A stretch of 64,000 nt of DNA from Clostridia bacterium (GTDB lineage Bacteria; Bacillota; Peptococcia; DRI-13; UBA5745): assembly GCA_018436095.1 (NCBI GenBank), contig JAHDMJ010000023.1, forward strand, positions 47-64,046, in the 5' to 3' direction. The notes below the pieces were generated by a model that saw only the letters and a program-made list of their open reading frames with translations, did no database searches and was not told where the DNA came from. This document shows positions 10,633 to 20,140 of this stretch, in pieces; the first letter of the stretch is position 1, and each line of letters opens with the position of its first letter. The position numbers and the translations under genes are program-made.

Positions 10633-12063
10633 TTATTCTCCCTCCGCCTGCCGCAAAAAATCCACCTGTTGAGCAGCCGGCTTTTTCGTTAATAAGGAAA
10701 CCGCAACCAAAACGATTATGCTTACAGAGGCAGCTAATATATTCGAGGGCAGCCCCAGAATGCCGGCGGCCTTGCCCGATAAGAAGAATTCGGCAATGAG
10801 GCCGGCAGCCACTGAAGCCAGGATCGAGCAAAATGCAGCGGCAGCCGTGGCTCTTTTCCAGATAAGGCCCACCACCAGCGGGAAAAAAACCGCCGTTGAG
10901 TAGAAAAGGCCGCCTAAGTACATGATACGGATAATGTTATCCAGGAAGAAAGAAATCGTAATGGAAAATACGCAGACTAAAACGGTAATAATACGTATGG
11001 CTCTTAGGGATTGCTTATCGCTGGCCGCCTTGTTTTTGTGCATAATGGGCCCATAAATATCATTAATGAATAAGACCGAGGCAGCCAGCAGCATGGAGGA
11101 AGCCGTTGACATGGAAGCGGCAAAGATTCCGCCTAAAACCAAGCCGGCAATGCCTACGGGTATGTAGTTCCTGATAAACATGGCATAGCCTACATTGGGG
11201 TCCTCCAAGCCGGGCAGCAGCACCACGATACAAATGCCGATAATCGCTATGGCTAAACCGTAGACGAAATAGGAAGCGCCGGTAAAAATAAAGGCAAAGC
11301 GGGCCGTGGCCTTATCCTTGGCGGCAAAGATTCTTTGGATATAGTGCTGGTTTGTGGCATAGGTGAAAATACAAAACAGACTCCAGGAAAGAACGGTTTT
11401 CAGCTCTATATTGCCGAAGCTCAAAAACTCGGGGGGCAGGCTGGCCACCAACCCGCTGTAGCCGCCAACCTTTACTAAGGAAATAGGCAGCGCAATAGCC
11501 AGGGTAGCCATAATCATTACAAACTGAACGATATCCGTATTGACCACAGCAATCATGCCGCCGCCCATGGTATAAAGAAGAACGAAGAGCACCGTTGCGA
11601 TTAAGCCCACGTTTTGGGGCACGCCCAAAACACCGTGGAGGGCTACAGCGCCTACCAGGAATTGAGTAGACAACTGGGTGATGATGGCCAAAAGATGCAT
11701 TACAGAAGCTACCACCTTCGTACTTCTGCTATACCTTTTTTCCAGAAAGTCGGTTATGGTAACCATGCCCGGCAGCTTCATCTTGCCTGCAAAAAAAATG
11801 CCTAAAAGAATAAAGGCCGGTACTGCCGACCAATCCCACCAGGCGCCGGCAATGCCCACCGTATAGCCAAAGGCCATGGCTCCGATCAAGCTGCTGCCGC
11901 CAAACTCCGTGGCCGCCATACTGAGGCCCGCTTCCAGCTTGCTTAATTTATTGCCGGCTAAAGTGAAATCATTAAAGCTCTTGACCTTTTTCGTTGAAAA
12001 ATATCCTACATAAGCTGTGACGATAAAGATAACGGCAACGCCCAATATATCTAAAAACCTCAT
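10633..12063 (-). CDS. Sodium:solute symporter family protein
   Basis: DFTLAG, SMAATEFGG, YTMGGGMIAVVNTDIVQ, QRIFAAKD, AASMSTASS motifs; ~13 TM helices. Confidence 0.9.
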   Translation of the reverse strand: MRFLDILGVAVIFIVTAYVGYFSTKKVKSFNDFTLAGNKLSKLEAGLSMAATEFGGSSLIGAMAFGYTVGIAGAWWDWSAVPAFILLGIFFAGKMKLPGMVTITDFLEKRYSRSTKVVASVMHLLAIITQLSTQFLVGAVALHGVLGVPQNVGLIATVLFVLLYTMGGGMIAVVNTDIVQFVMIMATLAIALPISLVKVGGYSGLVASLPPEFLSFGNIELKTVLSWSLFCIFTYATNQHYIQRIFAAKDKATARFAFIFTGASYFVYGLAIAIIGICIVVLLPGLEDPNVGYAMFIRNYIPVGIAGLVLGGIFAASMSTASSMLLAASVLFINDIYGPIMHKNKAASDKQSLRAIRIITVLVCVFSITISFFLDNIIRIMYLGGLFYSTAVFFPLVVGLIWKRATAAAAFCSILASVAAGLIAEFFLSGKAAGILGLPSNILAASVSIIVLVAVSLLTKKPAAQQVDFLRQAEGE

Positions 12064-12158
12064 GTTATATTGCTCCTCCTACAACATCAACGATGGTTTC
12101 ACCCGATTAATTTTAATCAAAAATCCAGAAAAAACAATAGCCCGTCAAATATGCGAAA

Positions 12159-12198
12159 ATGCAGATGATCCCTCCGCAAAGAGAAAGATCATCTGCAT
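12159..12198 (-). terminator. 12-bp stem-loop between the MFS and SSS genes
   Basis: ATGCAGATGATC...GATCATCTGCAT inverted repeat. Confidence 0.6.
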
Positions 12199-12220
12199 AG
12201 CTTTTTAAGGCTATGGTCTA

Positions 12221-13465
12221 TTAATTTACCGCCGGCTTCACCAAAGCTTTTTCTTTTTCATTCATGCTATGAAGTACTTTAGAGCAGATAAATCCTAAAA
12301 CGGAACAGACCAGACAAAGGATAAACAGATAGGTATAACCTGATTCGCCTTTATCAAGCCAGCCTCCTACCAAGGTATAAAAGAAAGCATCGGGAGAAAA
12401 GCCGACAAAGGAAGCCAAGCCAATTACGGCGCCGGTTTGCTCCAGGGGTATATTTGATTCGGCCACCGTTGCAAAATAGATGCCCCGGAAGCCAAACAAT
12501 ACGGTGCTGAGAAGAACCATATTGATCACCGCCAGGATTACCAAATTAGAAGATCTGGGCAGCAGCAAATAAAAAATCTCGCAAGCAGCAATGACGATGA
12601 AGCCCAGAGAAAGAATTTTTAAGGAAGATCCCACTTTGTCCACAAGGATTCCCGCTAAGGGCGAGGCCCCCATTTTAATGGCATAGGTCCGGATAATAGC
12701 CAAGCTGGAAATGACGGCCATGGAGATTTTGAAAACATCCTTCAGATAAGGATTCAAATAGGTCAGCGAAGAAAAAGTCATATAAGTAGAGAAAATAATA
12801 CCGCCGATCAGCCAGGCTTTGGGCATTTTGACGGCGCTGGCAATTTGCCGGAAGGAGATCTTGTCAACACCGGCCACAGACTTTTCTTTGACCAGGAAAT
12901 AAAGGATAATACCGCAGAGAATGGAAAGACCGGAATAAAGCCACACTACGTATTTGAAACCGATGGTAACGTCGTCAAAAACCTCAAACAGGTATAAACC
13001 GATAAAGGAAACCACCACGCCGGCGATGCCGGAAAGGCCTTCGTTAAAGCCGAACATTTTGCCTTGCTCATCCTCATCGCCCAGCATGCGGATCACTTTA
13101 ATGGAAGCGGCCCAGAAGGTGAGAATGGTGGTTACGCCCCAAGCGGCAAAGATAATCAGCAGTCCCGTGTAGGAAGGAAAGCTGGCAAAATAAAAACCCA
13201 GCAAACCGGAGGAAATCAGGGAGAAAGAGAGCAGTTTTTTGGCAGAAATCTTATCGGCTAAAAAACCGCCGGGGAAATATAAGATGGTGGCAAGAATACC
13301 GTACATGCTGATGAGATTGCCCAATTGCTGATGGTCCAAGCCCAAGGCTTCCCGCATAGGATCATAAAAAGTGGATTTCAGATAAGGCAGACTGTACATT
13401 ACCGTGGTACCGCTGGCAATAATGAATATGATAAGATATTTTTTCCAATCAATAGTACTTTTCAT
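12221..13465 (-). CDS. MFS transporter
   Basis: 12 hydrophobic segments, GGFLADKISAK and GILVDKVGS loop motifs. Confidence 0.9.
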   Translation of the reverse strand: MKSTIDWKKYLIIFIIASGTTVMYSLPYLKSTFYDPMREALGLDHQQLGNLISMYGILATILYFPGGFLADKISAKKLLSFSLISSGLLGFYFASFPSYTGLLIIFAAWGVTTILTFWAASIKVIRMLGDEDEQGKMFGFNEGLSGIAGVVVSFIGLYLFEVFDDVTIGFKYVVWLYSGLSILCGIILYFLVKEKSVAGVDKISFRQIASAVKMPKAWLIGGIIFSTYMTFSSLTYLNPYLKDVFKISMAVISSLAIIRTYAIKMGASPLAGILVDKVGSSLKILSLGFIVIAACEIFYLLLPRSSNLVILAVINMVLLSTVLFGFRGIYFATVAESNIPLEQTGAVIGLASFVGFSPDAFFYTLVGGWLDKGESGYTYLFILCLVCSVLGFICSKVLHSMNEKEKALVKPAVN

Positions 13466-13477
13466 TGGATTCCCTCT

Positions 13478-14650
13478 CTATTCTTTTGTAATTTGCAATT
13501 GATCGAAAGCCTGCTTAAGATCGGTGATAAGATCCTCCGCCCGTTCCAGCCCTACGGCAATTCTGATCATGCTGCTGTTTTCCACCTGGATCAAAGTGAG
13601 ACCTTCTCCCAGGCTGGTAGCTATGGTCAACAGCTTAGTGGCGTTAAGCAGCTTGTAATCTGCCTCCCGCACCGTCATGCCGTTAATGTTGTTTTTAAGC
13701 CAGAACGAGACAATTCCACCTCCTTTGCCGCCCATCTGTTTTTGGCAGAGATTGTGCTGGGGATGAGATGCCAGGGCCGGATAGATTACCCTGTCCACGT
13801 AGGGACAGGATTCTAAGTACTCAGCGATAGCCAGGGCATTTTGGCAATGCTTTTCGATGCGCATTTCCAGGGTCATCATTCCCCGCATAATCAGCCAGGC
13901 ATTAAAGGGGGACAGAGCCGCTCCGGTGAAGCAAGGCATGCCGGGATAACGGATTTTATCGATGAGCTCTTTTTTGCCGATAACAGCGCCGCCTAAGGTG
14001 TCGCCATGGCCGTTAATGTATTTGGTAAGGCTGTGGATGACTAAGTCGGCTCCCCACTGCAAGGGCCTTTGGATAGGTGGCGGTGCAAAGGTGCTGTCCA
14101 CGATAAACAGGCAGTCGTTGGATTTGGCAATTGCGGCGATGGCTTCGATATCCACCACACCCAAAGTCGGATTGGCGGGAGTTTCAATAAAAATGATGCG
14201 GGTATTCTGGCGGATGCTTTGATTGACGTTTTCCGTATCTTTGAAATTGGCAAAGCTGACTTCCACATTCAACTTCTGCAGCAAATCCCGCATAAAAATA
14301 TCGCTGTGAAAAAACAAGCCTTCCGAGCAAAGGAGATGATCGCCGTGAGACAGTAAGGTAAGCAAGGTCGAGCATACGGCCCCCATACCGGAGCCCGCCG
14401 CTAAAGCGGCTTCGCCGGCTTCCAAAATTGCCAGCTTTTCCTCCAAGGCCAGTACCGTGGGATTACCCTCCCTGGTGTAGAGATAACCCAGCTTACCCCA
14501 GGCAGCGTCCATTTCCTCAACGGTATTAAAACCATAGGTAGCCGTTTGAAAAATGGGGGCAGCCAAGGCATGGGTAGCCGGATCAAAATGATGGCCTGCG
14601 TGGATTAGCTGGGTATCCAACCCCAGGCCGGCCAAATCCTTCTTTGACAT
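13478..14650 (-). CDS. PLP-dependent Cys/Met-metabolism family lyase (MGL-like, atypical active site)
   Basis: YTREGNPT, ETPANPT, DSTFA, SLTKYINGHGD (PLP lysine), SLG...RIAVGLE. Confidence 0.88.
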   Translation of the reverse strand: MSKKDLAGLGLDTQLIHAGHHFDPATHALAAPIFQTATYGFNTVEEMDAAWGKLGYLYTREGNPTVLALEEKLAILEAGEAALAAGSGMGAVCSTLLTLLSHGDHLLCSEGLFFHSDIFMRDLLQKLNVEVSFANFKDTENVNQSIRQNTRIIFIETPANPTLGVVDIEAIAAIAKSNDCLFIVDSTFAPPPIQRPLQWGADLVIHSLTKYINGHGDTLGGAVIGKKELIDKIRYPGMPCFTGAALSPFNAWLIMRGMMTLEMRIEKHCQNALAIAEYLESCPYVDRVIYPALASHPQHNLCQKQMGGKGGGIVSFWLKNNINGMTVREADYKLLNATKLLTIATSLGEGLTLIQVENSSMIRIAVGLERAEDLITDLKQAFDQLQITKE

Positions 14651-14738
14651 AGTAAGCTCTCTCCTTATATAATCTGAATTAGAATATTTAGACGGAAAAT
14701 AAGCTGGAAAATAAAATAGAAACCCTCTGATGACCCTG

Positions 14739-14769
14739 AGTCTAAACCCTGCCCCTAGGGGACAGTCAA
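14739..14769 (-). promoter_or_regulatory. MerR-type promoter with 19-bp spacer and dyad operator
   Basis: -35 TTGACT (14769-14764), 19-bp spacer, -10 TAGACT (14744-14739); dyad CCCCTAGGGG lies in the spacer. Confidence 0.85.
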
Positions 14770-14845
14770 GCAGGGAAATCGCAAAAGGAGAAAAATATTT
14801 TAAATGCTCGAAAAAGGGATTAAAAACGATAGAGGCGAATGAGGA

Positions 14846-15646
14846 ATGGACAAGCTTTATACCATCGGCGAAACGGCCAAACTAAACGATATTTCGATCA
14901 AAAGTCTGCGGCATTATGATGAAATAGGCTTGCTGAAGCCTTTTTATATTGATGATCAGTCAGGCTACCGCTATTACACTTATAGCCAGTTTGCTTTCAT
15001 TGACAAAATCAAGCGTTATAAAAACGTGGGTATGCAATTGAAGGATTTGAAGGAGATTTTTGAATCCCAAAACTTGGAGAGCATTGAGCTTTTGCTGAAA
15101 GAACGCCGGCAGGCCATCGATGAGCAGGCCCGGCTGCTGGAGGACATGAAAGAGAATGTCCGTTGGCTGATGGATTTCTTTGAATATTCCAAAAGTATGC
15201 AGGTTGAAAGCTCCATTACGATTAAAGAGTTGCCGGAGCGTTATGTCATCAGCGCACCCTGCAATGAGGGGGATTCCATTTACGATATGGATTTGGCCCT
15301 CCGCAAGCTCCTGTCTTTGCCGGTATTTAAGAATACCCAGATTCTGAATCCCTACGGTTATATTTTGGATTTTGACAAGCTCATGGAAAACAAAATGCTG
15401 GCCCGTTATTCAACGGTCAGCATTCGTGATCTGCCAGCAGAAAGGAATCCTTATACCCGTACTATTCCCGCCGGTACTTATCTCTGTTATAAAGCCAACA
15501 TCCTTTCGGATGATTGGGATATTTCCCCTTTGATCCGCTATTGTCAGCAGCACTCGGTCCGCAAGCCTTTTGCGGTGGCTTTCGAATATTTGACCAAGCT
15601 TCATGATCCCCAGCAATCACCTTATGAGATAACGATTTTGCTGTAG
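14846..15646 (+). CDS. MerR-family regulator (BmrR/BltR-like, C-terminal effector domain)
   Basis: YTIGETAK...SLRHYDEIGLLKP...SGYRYY; divergent from the lyase gene. Confidence 0.92.
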   Translation: MDKLYTIGETAKLNDISIKSLRHYDEIGLLKPFYIDDQSGYRYYTYSQFAFIDKIKRYKNVGMQLKDLKEIFESQNLESIELLLKERRQAIDEQARLLEDMKENVRWLMDFFEYSKSMQVESSITIKELPERYVISAPCNEGDSIYDMDLALRKLLSLPVFKNTQILNPYGYILDFDKLMENKMLARYSTVSIRDLPAERNPYTRTIPAGTYLCYKANILSDDWDISPLIRYCQQHSVRKPFAVAFEYLTKLHDPQQSPYEITILL

Positions 15647-15760
15647 GCTGGGCCTTAACGCCAACATGTCAGCCAATGTCTCTTCTCTTTCTGCTATGAT
15701 AAATTCAGGAGCCTGGCCAGGCTGAATTTATCATTCTATAAAAGGAAGAGAGGTTTAGAA

Positions 15761-17518
15761 ATGGATTACCAATGGGAAAAGGTAGAAACTACGCTGACTC
15801 AAGTGTTAGATTCAGATAAACGATTAGCACAATATAACAACAGAATTTATCTTCTTGGCGGCTATAAAAGTCCCAGTCTTGACTCCAAAACCGTGTTTAT
15901 GTTTGATCCTGCAACAGGAATTTGGGAGAGCAAGGCTCCTGTTCCAAGAGACGTAGCGGCTATCGCCATCTGCCTAAATAATAAAATTTATCTGGTAGCC
16001 GGTCAGAGCCGCAATCAAAGCATCAAGGATGTATATGCCTACACACCGGAAACGGATATGTGGGAACAGAAAAATGATTATCCCTTAGATGTTGCCGGAA
16101 ATGCGGTTATTACGCACAAAAATAGACTATACTCCTTCGGCGGTTTTAAATATGTGTCAGGTTCGATGGCAGCTACCGCCAACTGTTATGTTTACCTGGA
16201 AGAAGAAGACTCTTGGCTACGTTTGAAAGATATGCCGGCTGCCTTGATTTTTCTAGACTCCATAAGTTACAAGGATCATATCTATATCATAGGTGGCGCT
16301 AAAGCTACATCAGGCGGTGGAGGTAACCCCACCAATATTTTCTGGCGCTATGATATCAATGCTGATATCTGGGAAGATTATGGCGTCTTACCCGATAAAT
16401 TAAAAGGTGCATTCTTTGTCGGTTCTGGAGATAAAATATTTTCCATAGGCGGTCAAGACCCTTATACCGCCCATATCTACTCCTTTACTATGGGTCAATG
16501 GGAGCAAATTGCCAATAAAAACTTTAATAGAGGCAGGCCAATTATTGTCAACAATGAATTATATACTTTTAGTGGTTATTATGGCATACCCTTCGCAATC
16601 GAAAAATTAATCATCGGCCCACCAACAAATAAATTTACCATTAGCCAACAATATCAACTTGGAGACGGCACTCCGATCCAAGCCGACGACTCTGTGACCT
16701 TGGATGCCGGGGAAGCTTATAACCAAACGGCTCCTAAACTGGCAGGATTCAGTCGTATAGGTCACAAGCTTGACGATGGTGCTCTTAACTCTCATTGGAT
16801 TGCCAAGATTGACAACGTTAGCGCTGACCACACCGTTACTTTCGTCTATGCCTTGGGAGATGAACCGATACCACCCATCGAATATACTATCACTCAAGAA
16901 TATCAGGATGTAAACGGGGTTAGCCGCCGCCCTGATGATACTATCCAGGCGATACAAGGCACCTCTTACACATACAATGCTCCTGGCATCAACGGTTATG
17001 TTTGTGCCGGCTATAAGATAGATGGCGGCTCCCTATATTTAGGCTCCCTTGCTAAAATTTTAGAGGTACAGGATAACCATACGGTGACCTTTATTTATGT
17101 TCCGGAAACCCCTGAAGGCGATGAGGAATTTATTATTACTCAAGAGTATCGCACCAATGATGGGACCACCATCTACACCACCGATTATGAAAAGGCTAAG
17201 AGAGGCAACACTTACCGTAAGGTTGCTCCGATCTTTTCCGGTTATAGCCGGGTCGGTTACAAAATTGACAGTGGTGACCTAATTTTCGGAGGAACTGCAA
17301 TCATCCCTAATGTGGGGCAGGATTATACCGTTACATTTGTCTATGCCAGCGGCAACGAAGGTGGCGGCACAGGGGAGAATTGCGGTCGCTGCAACTGCGT
17401 CAAGAGCTCTTGCTGTCACAAAGGCAAACATTTCGCTATGAACATTGAAGTTTGTGGTTATGAGGAGCCTGAGGAAATTACCGCTGCTATTAATGCTGCT
17501 TTTGATGCAAGGAAATAG
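15761..17518 (+). CDS. Kelch-repeat beta-propeller protein with three MucBP-like repeats and a Cys-rich tail
   Basis: Repeated IYxxGG...Y/W Kelch motifs (aa ~25-285), three 'ITQEY...APxxxGY..GYKIDxG...HTVTFxY' repeats, CGRCNCVKSSCC; no signal peptide. Confidence 0.8.
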   Translation: MDYQWEKVETTLTQVLDSDKRLAQYNNRIYLLGGYKSPSLDSKTVFMFDPATGIWESKAPVPRDVAAIAICLNNKIYLVAGQSRNQSIKDVYAYTPETDMWEQKNDYPLDVAGNAVITHKNRLYSFGGFKYVSGSMAATANCYVYLEEEDSWLRLKDMPAALIFLDSISYKDHIYIIGGAKATSGGGGNPTNIFWRYDINADIWEDYGVLPDKLKGAFFVGSGDKIFSIGGQDPYTAHIYSFTMGQWEQIANKNFNRGRPIIVNNELYTFSGYYGIPFAIEKLIIGPPTNKFTISQQYQLGDGTPIQADDSVTLDAGEAYNQTAPKLAGFSRIGHKLDDGALNSHWIAKIDNVSADHTVTFVYALGDEPIPPIEYTITQEYQDVNGVSRRPDDTIQAIQGTSYTYNAPGINGYVCAGYKIDGGSLYLGSLAKILEVQDNHTVTFIYVPETPEGDEEFIITQEYRTNDGTTIYTTDYEKAKRGNTYRKVAPIFSGYSRVGYKIDSGDLIFGGTAIIPNVGQDYTVTFVYASGNEGGGTGENCGRCNCVKSSCCHKGKHFAMNIEVCGYEEPEEITAAINAAFDARK

Positions 17519-17888
17519 TTAAATGCTAAATAAACTCCCGTGTGTAGCAAAGACGCTGCCAATATTAAAATGGTCACTGTGTCAAGGGCAATTTAAAAAG
17601 AATCTATAAAAATCTCCGCAGATCTGTTTAAACAGGTTTTACGGAGAGGTATGTAAGCAAACGCTGGCAGTGATATCACTTCGATAAAGCTGCCAGCGTT
17701 TAATATATCCGTATATCTATAAGTATTATGAAAGCTTTAATAAAAAGATTTTGTTTCAAAATAAAACTGCTGAAAGAAATACGGGCATACTCATAGGGCA
17801 TGTCTTTGCCGTTTAACAGCTTTTTTTCAAACCTGCAAAATGCTATAATCAACTTAAAGTGATTTGCTTGGAAGGGGTTAAAAGAATA

Positions 17889-18926
17889 ATGTATCAGGGT
17901 TGCTCGATGATAAGGGCTTTTGCTCTCAACTTTAATGGAAGAATTAATACAGGTAGAAAATGCCTGACCTTATGCTGCGAGCCTATTGATGATTTACCGG
18001 CCTCTACGCTTGAGGATACACCGCAGGAAACGATAGAGCGTTTTATTGAAATGTGTAGCAACGTAATCAAAGAAAGCAAAGAGCATGCTGCCCACGCAAA
18101 CGCCGGCAAAAGGCTGCATACGGCAGGCTGCGCCAATTGCGCCAACTATATTCCCGGTCAGTGGGATGGGGATGGTCTTATTCACTACATCAATTTATCA
18201 ATGTACCCTGCACCTTGCCAGTCTAAATGTATTTATTGTGGTGTCCATAGCGGTGAATCCGGTAGATTCACAAAAGAGACTTGCAGCGCCGCTTATGAAC
18301 AGATGTTTGATGCTCTGGATTATGCCCGTAAGAAAGGGCTGATAGCACCAGGAGCTTTCTGGCAGGTTTCCAGTGGTGAGATAGCCATTCATCCTTATAG
18401 GGAGAGAATTTTTAATTTGGTGGCAGATCAGCGTGCCACGTTCTTCACAAACTGTTTCATTTTCGACGAAAAAGTTGCAGAGAATTTAAGTAAGAATCCC
18501 AACTCAGCAATTAATTTTTCTATTGATGCAGGCACACCCCAAACCTGGCTGAAAGTTAAAGGCGTTGATAATTTTAAAGAAGTAACTGAAAACTTAGCAA
18601 GATACTTTGGGGCTAGTTCTGGGCCAGGACAAATAACATTAAAATATATTATTCTTCCGGGTATTAATGATAATATGGTGGATTTCCTGTCAGTGATTGG
18701 CATAATGAAGGTTTTACGTATTAAGCATCTAACGATTGCCCGGGATACTTCAAAAAAATACGAGGTCGCTTCAGAAGAATCAAATAAGCTGTTAAACGCA
18801 GCGGCTTATCTGCTGGCCATGCTTTATAGGAAAGACATAAGTGCTGATATGTTTACTTACACGCCAAATGAGCGGGAAAAAGTAGTGGCTATAGCCAATG
18901 AACTGCTGCATACAGGTAAAGTGTAA
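17889..18926 (+). CDS. Radical SAM protein
   Basis: CQSKCIYC motif, SSGE, FTN, SIDAGT; extra N-terminal Cys (CLTLCC, CANC). Start may be GTG at 17859. Confidence 0.85.
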   Translation: MYQGCSMIRAFALNFNGRINTGRKCLTLCCEPIDDLPASTLEDTPQETIERFIEMCSNVIKESKEHAAHANAGKRLHTAGCANCANYIPGQWDGDGLIHYINLSMYPAPCQSKCIYCGVHSGESGRFTKETCSAAYEQMFDALDYARKKGLIAPGAFWQVSSGEIAIHPYRERIFNLVADQRATFFTNCFIFDEKVAENLSKNPNSAINFSIDAGTPQTWLKVKGVDNFKEVTENLARYFGASSGPGQITLKYIILPGINDNMVDFLSVIGIMKVLRIKHLTIARDTSKKYEVASEESNKLLNAAAYLLAMLYRKDISADMFTYTPNEREKVVAIANELLHTGKV

Positions 18927-18983
18927 GAACAGTTAAAATATGAGGAAAATCATCCGCAAATATGATATTACAAATGAGTTGAA

Positions 18984-20123
18984 TTATATATAATCGCTAT
19001 ACCGCTCCGCCTGCAATTTATATTGCCGGCTTTTTTGCTTAAGAAGGCCCCTTAAGTGATCCTCTTTATTATAAAGCAACTTAAATCTATCTATAATCTC
19101 ACGTGATGATTTAATTGCGGCAACATCAAGCACAAATTGGCTCAACCCCAAATCCTCTGCAATACCTACCGCCTTCACGGAGTAGCCAATAACTAAAGTA
19201 GGGATGCCTGATGAATATGCCGCAATAGAAGCATGAGTTCTAGAACAAACAAGGAAACTGCATCTTGAAATGACAAACTTCAGTTCAGCAGCAGAAAAAT
19301 TCTGGTCTGTCAGCCATATCCGGGAATGCAGATCTGGGGCAAGCAATTGCTTAATCTCGGACAAAATGTCATAATCATTATCCATCGGCATTAGTACATG
19401 AGGGATTAACGCGATTTTCATATCTGTCTCAGAAAGTATGTAATCAATCAGGTTTCGGATATTTTCAAGCAATATACCTGACATAGTTTCTCTGCGCATA
19501 ACCAGCGGGCTAACATTTATCCCCACTATATTTCCTGTCTGAAAATCATCGGGTAACGGGATTTGCTTAGCCTCTAACAAAAAAGCAGGATCAGGCAGCA
19601 ATTGGATATCGGTGTTTATAGCTGATTGCTGCAAAGCACTATATGTTTTACTTTCACGGGCCAATAGGTGCGTATATGTATTCAAAATGTCTAAAATATG
19701 GGGTGTAATCATAGCCGGCTCCACAGAACAGCCCCAAAGAATGGATTCAGCATTTTTTTCTGTAGCCTGCTGTTGAAACACCGCCAATCTATGCCAATTG
19801 GGGTAGCAAAAATTATCTCCGCCAACGGAAAGACAGGTAGTGTCTTTGTCAATGAAGCCAAGAGCCTCAGCATACATTTTCCGGGCAAGACCCTCCTTTT
19901 TAATAATAGAGCCGCTTTGTCTCTCCTGCCGCCAGATTTCCGGAATAGGTGAAAAAAACTTGTCAGCCTCTATATCATACTCTCTATCCTGTTCAGGGAA
20001 ATGAGATGAAATGGCAATATAAGCATTCTTGTATTTTTTACGTATTAGCCTTATTGTGGTTTGGACAATTGCCTCCGCACCATGATTGTAAGCGCCACCA
20101 TGGCCGTATAAAAGGAATTTCAT
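18984..20123 (-). CDS. Polysaccharide pyruvyl transferase family protein
   Basis: NHGAEAI, SVGGDNFCY, ARES, PDPAF, RTHASIAA, YSVKA motifs. Confidence 0.88.
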   Translation of the reverse strand: MKFLLYGHGGAYNHGAEAIVQTTIRLIRKKYKNAYIAISSHFPEQDREYDIEADKFFSPIPEIWRQERQSGSIIKKEGLARKMYAEALGFIDKDTTCLSVGGDNFCYPNWHRLAVFQQQATEKNAESILWGCSVEPAMITPHILDILNTYTHLLARESKTYSALQQSAINTDIQLLPDPAFLLEAKQIPLPDDFQTGNIVGINVSPLVMRRETMSGILLENIRNLIDYILSETDMKIALIPHVLMPMDNDYDILSEIKQLLAPDLHSRIWLTDQNFSAAELKFVISRCSFLVCSRTHASIAAYSSGIPTLVIGYSVKAVGIAEDLGLSQFVLDVAAIKSSREIIDRFKLLYNKEDHLRGLLKQKSRQYKLQAERYSDYI

Positions 20124-20140
20124 AAGCTATCTGTCTCCGT

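Noticed and set aside
17827-17843. CAAACCTGCAAAATGCT as another copy of the dispersed motif
   Set aside because: Single partial match with no phased or inverted partner.
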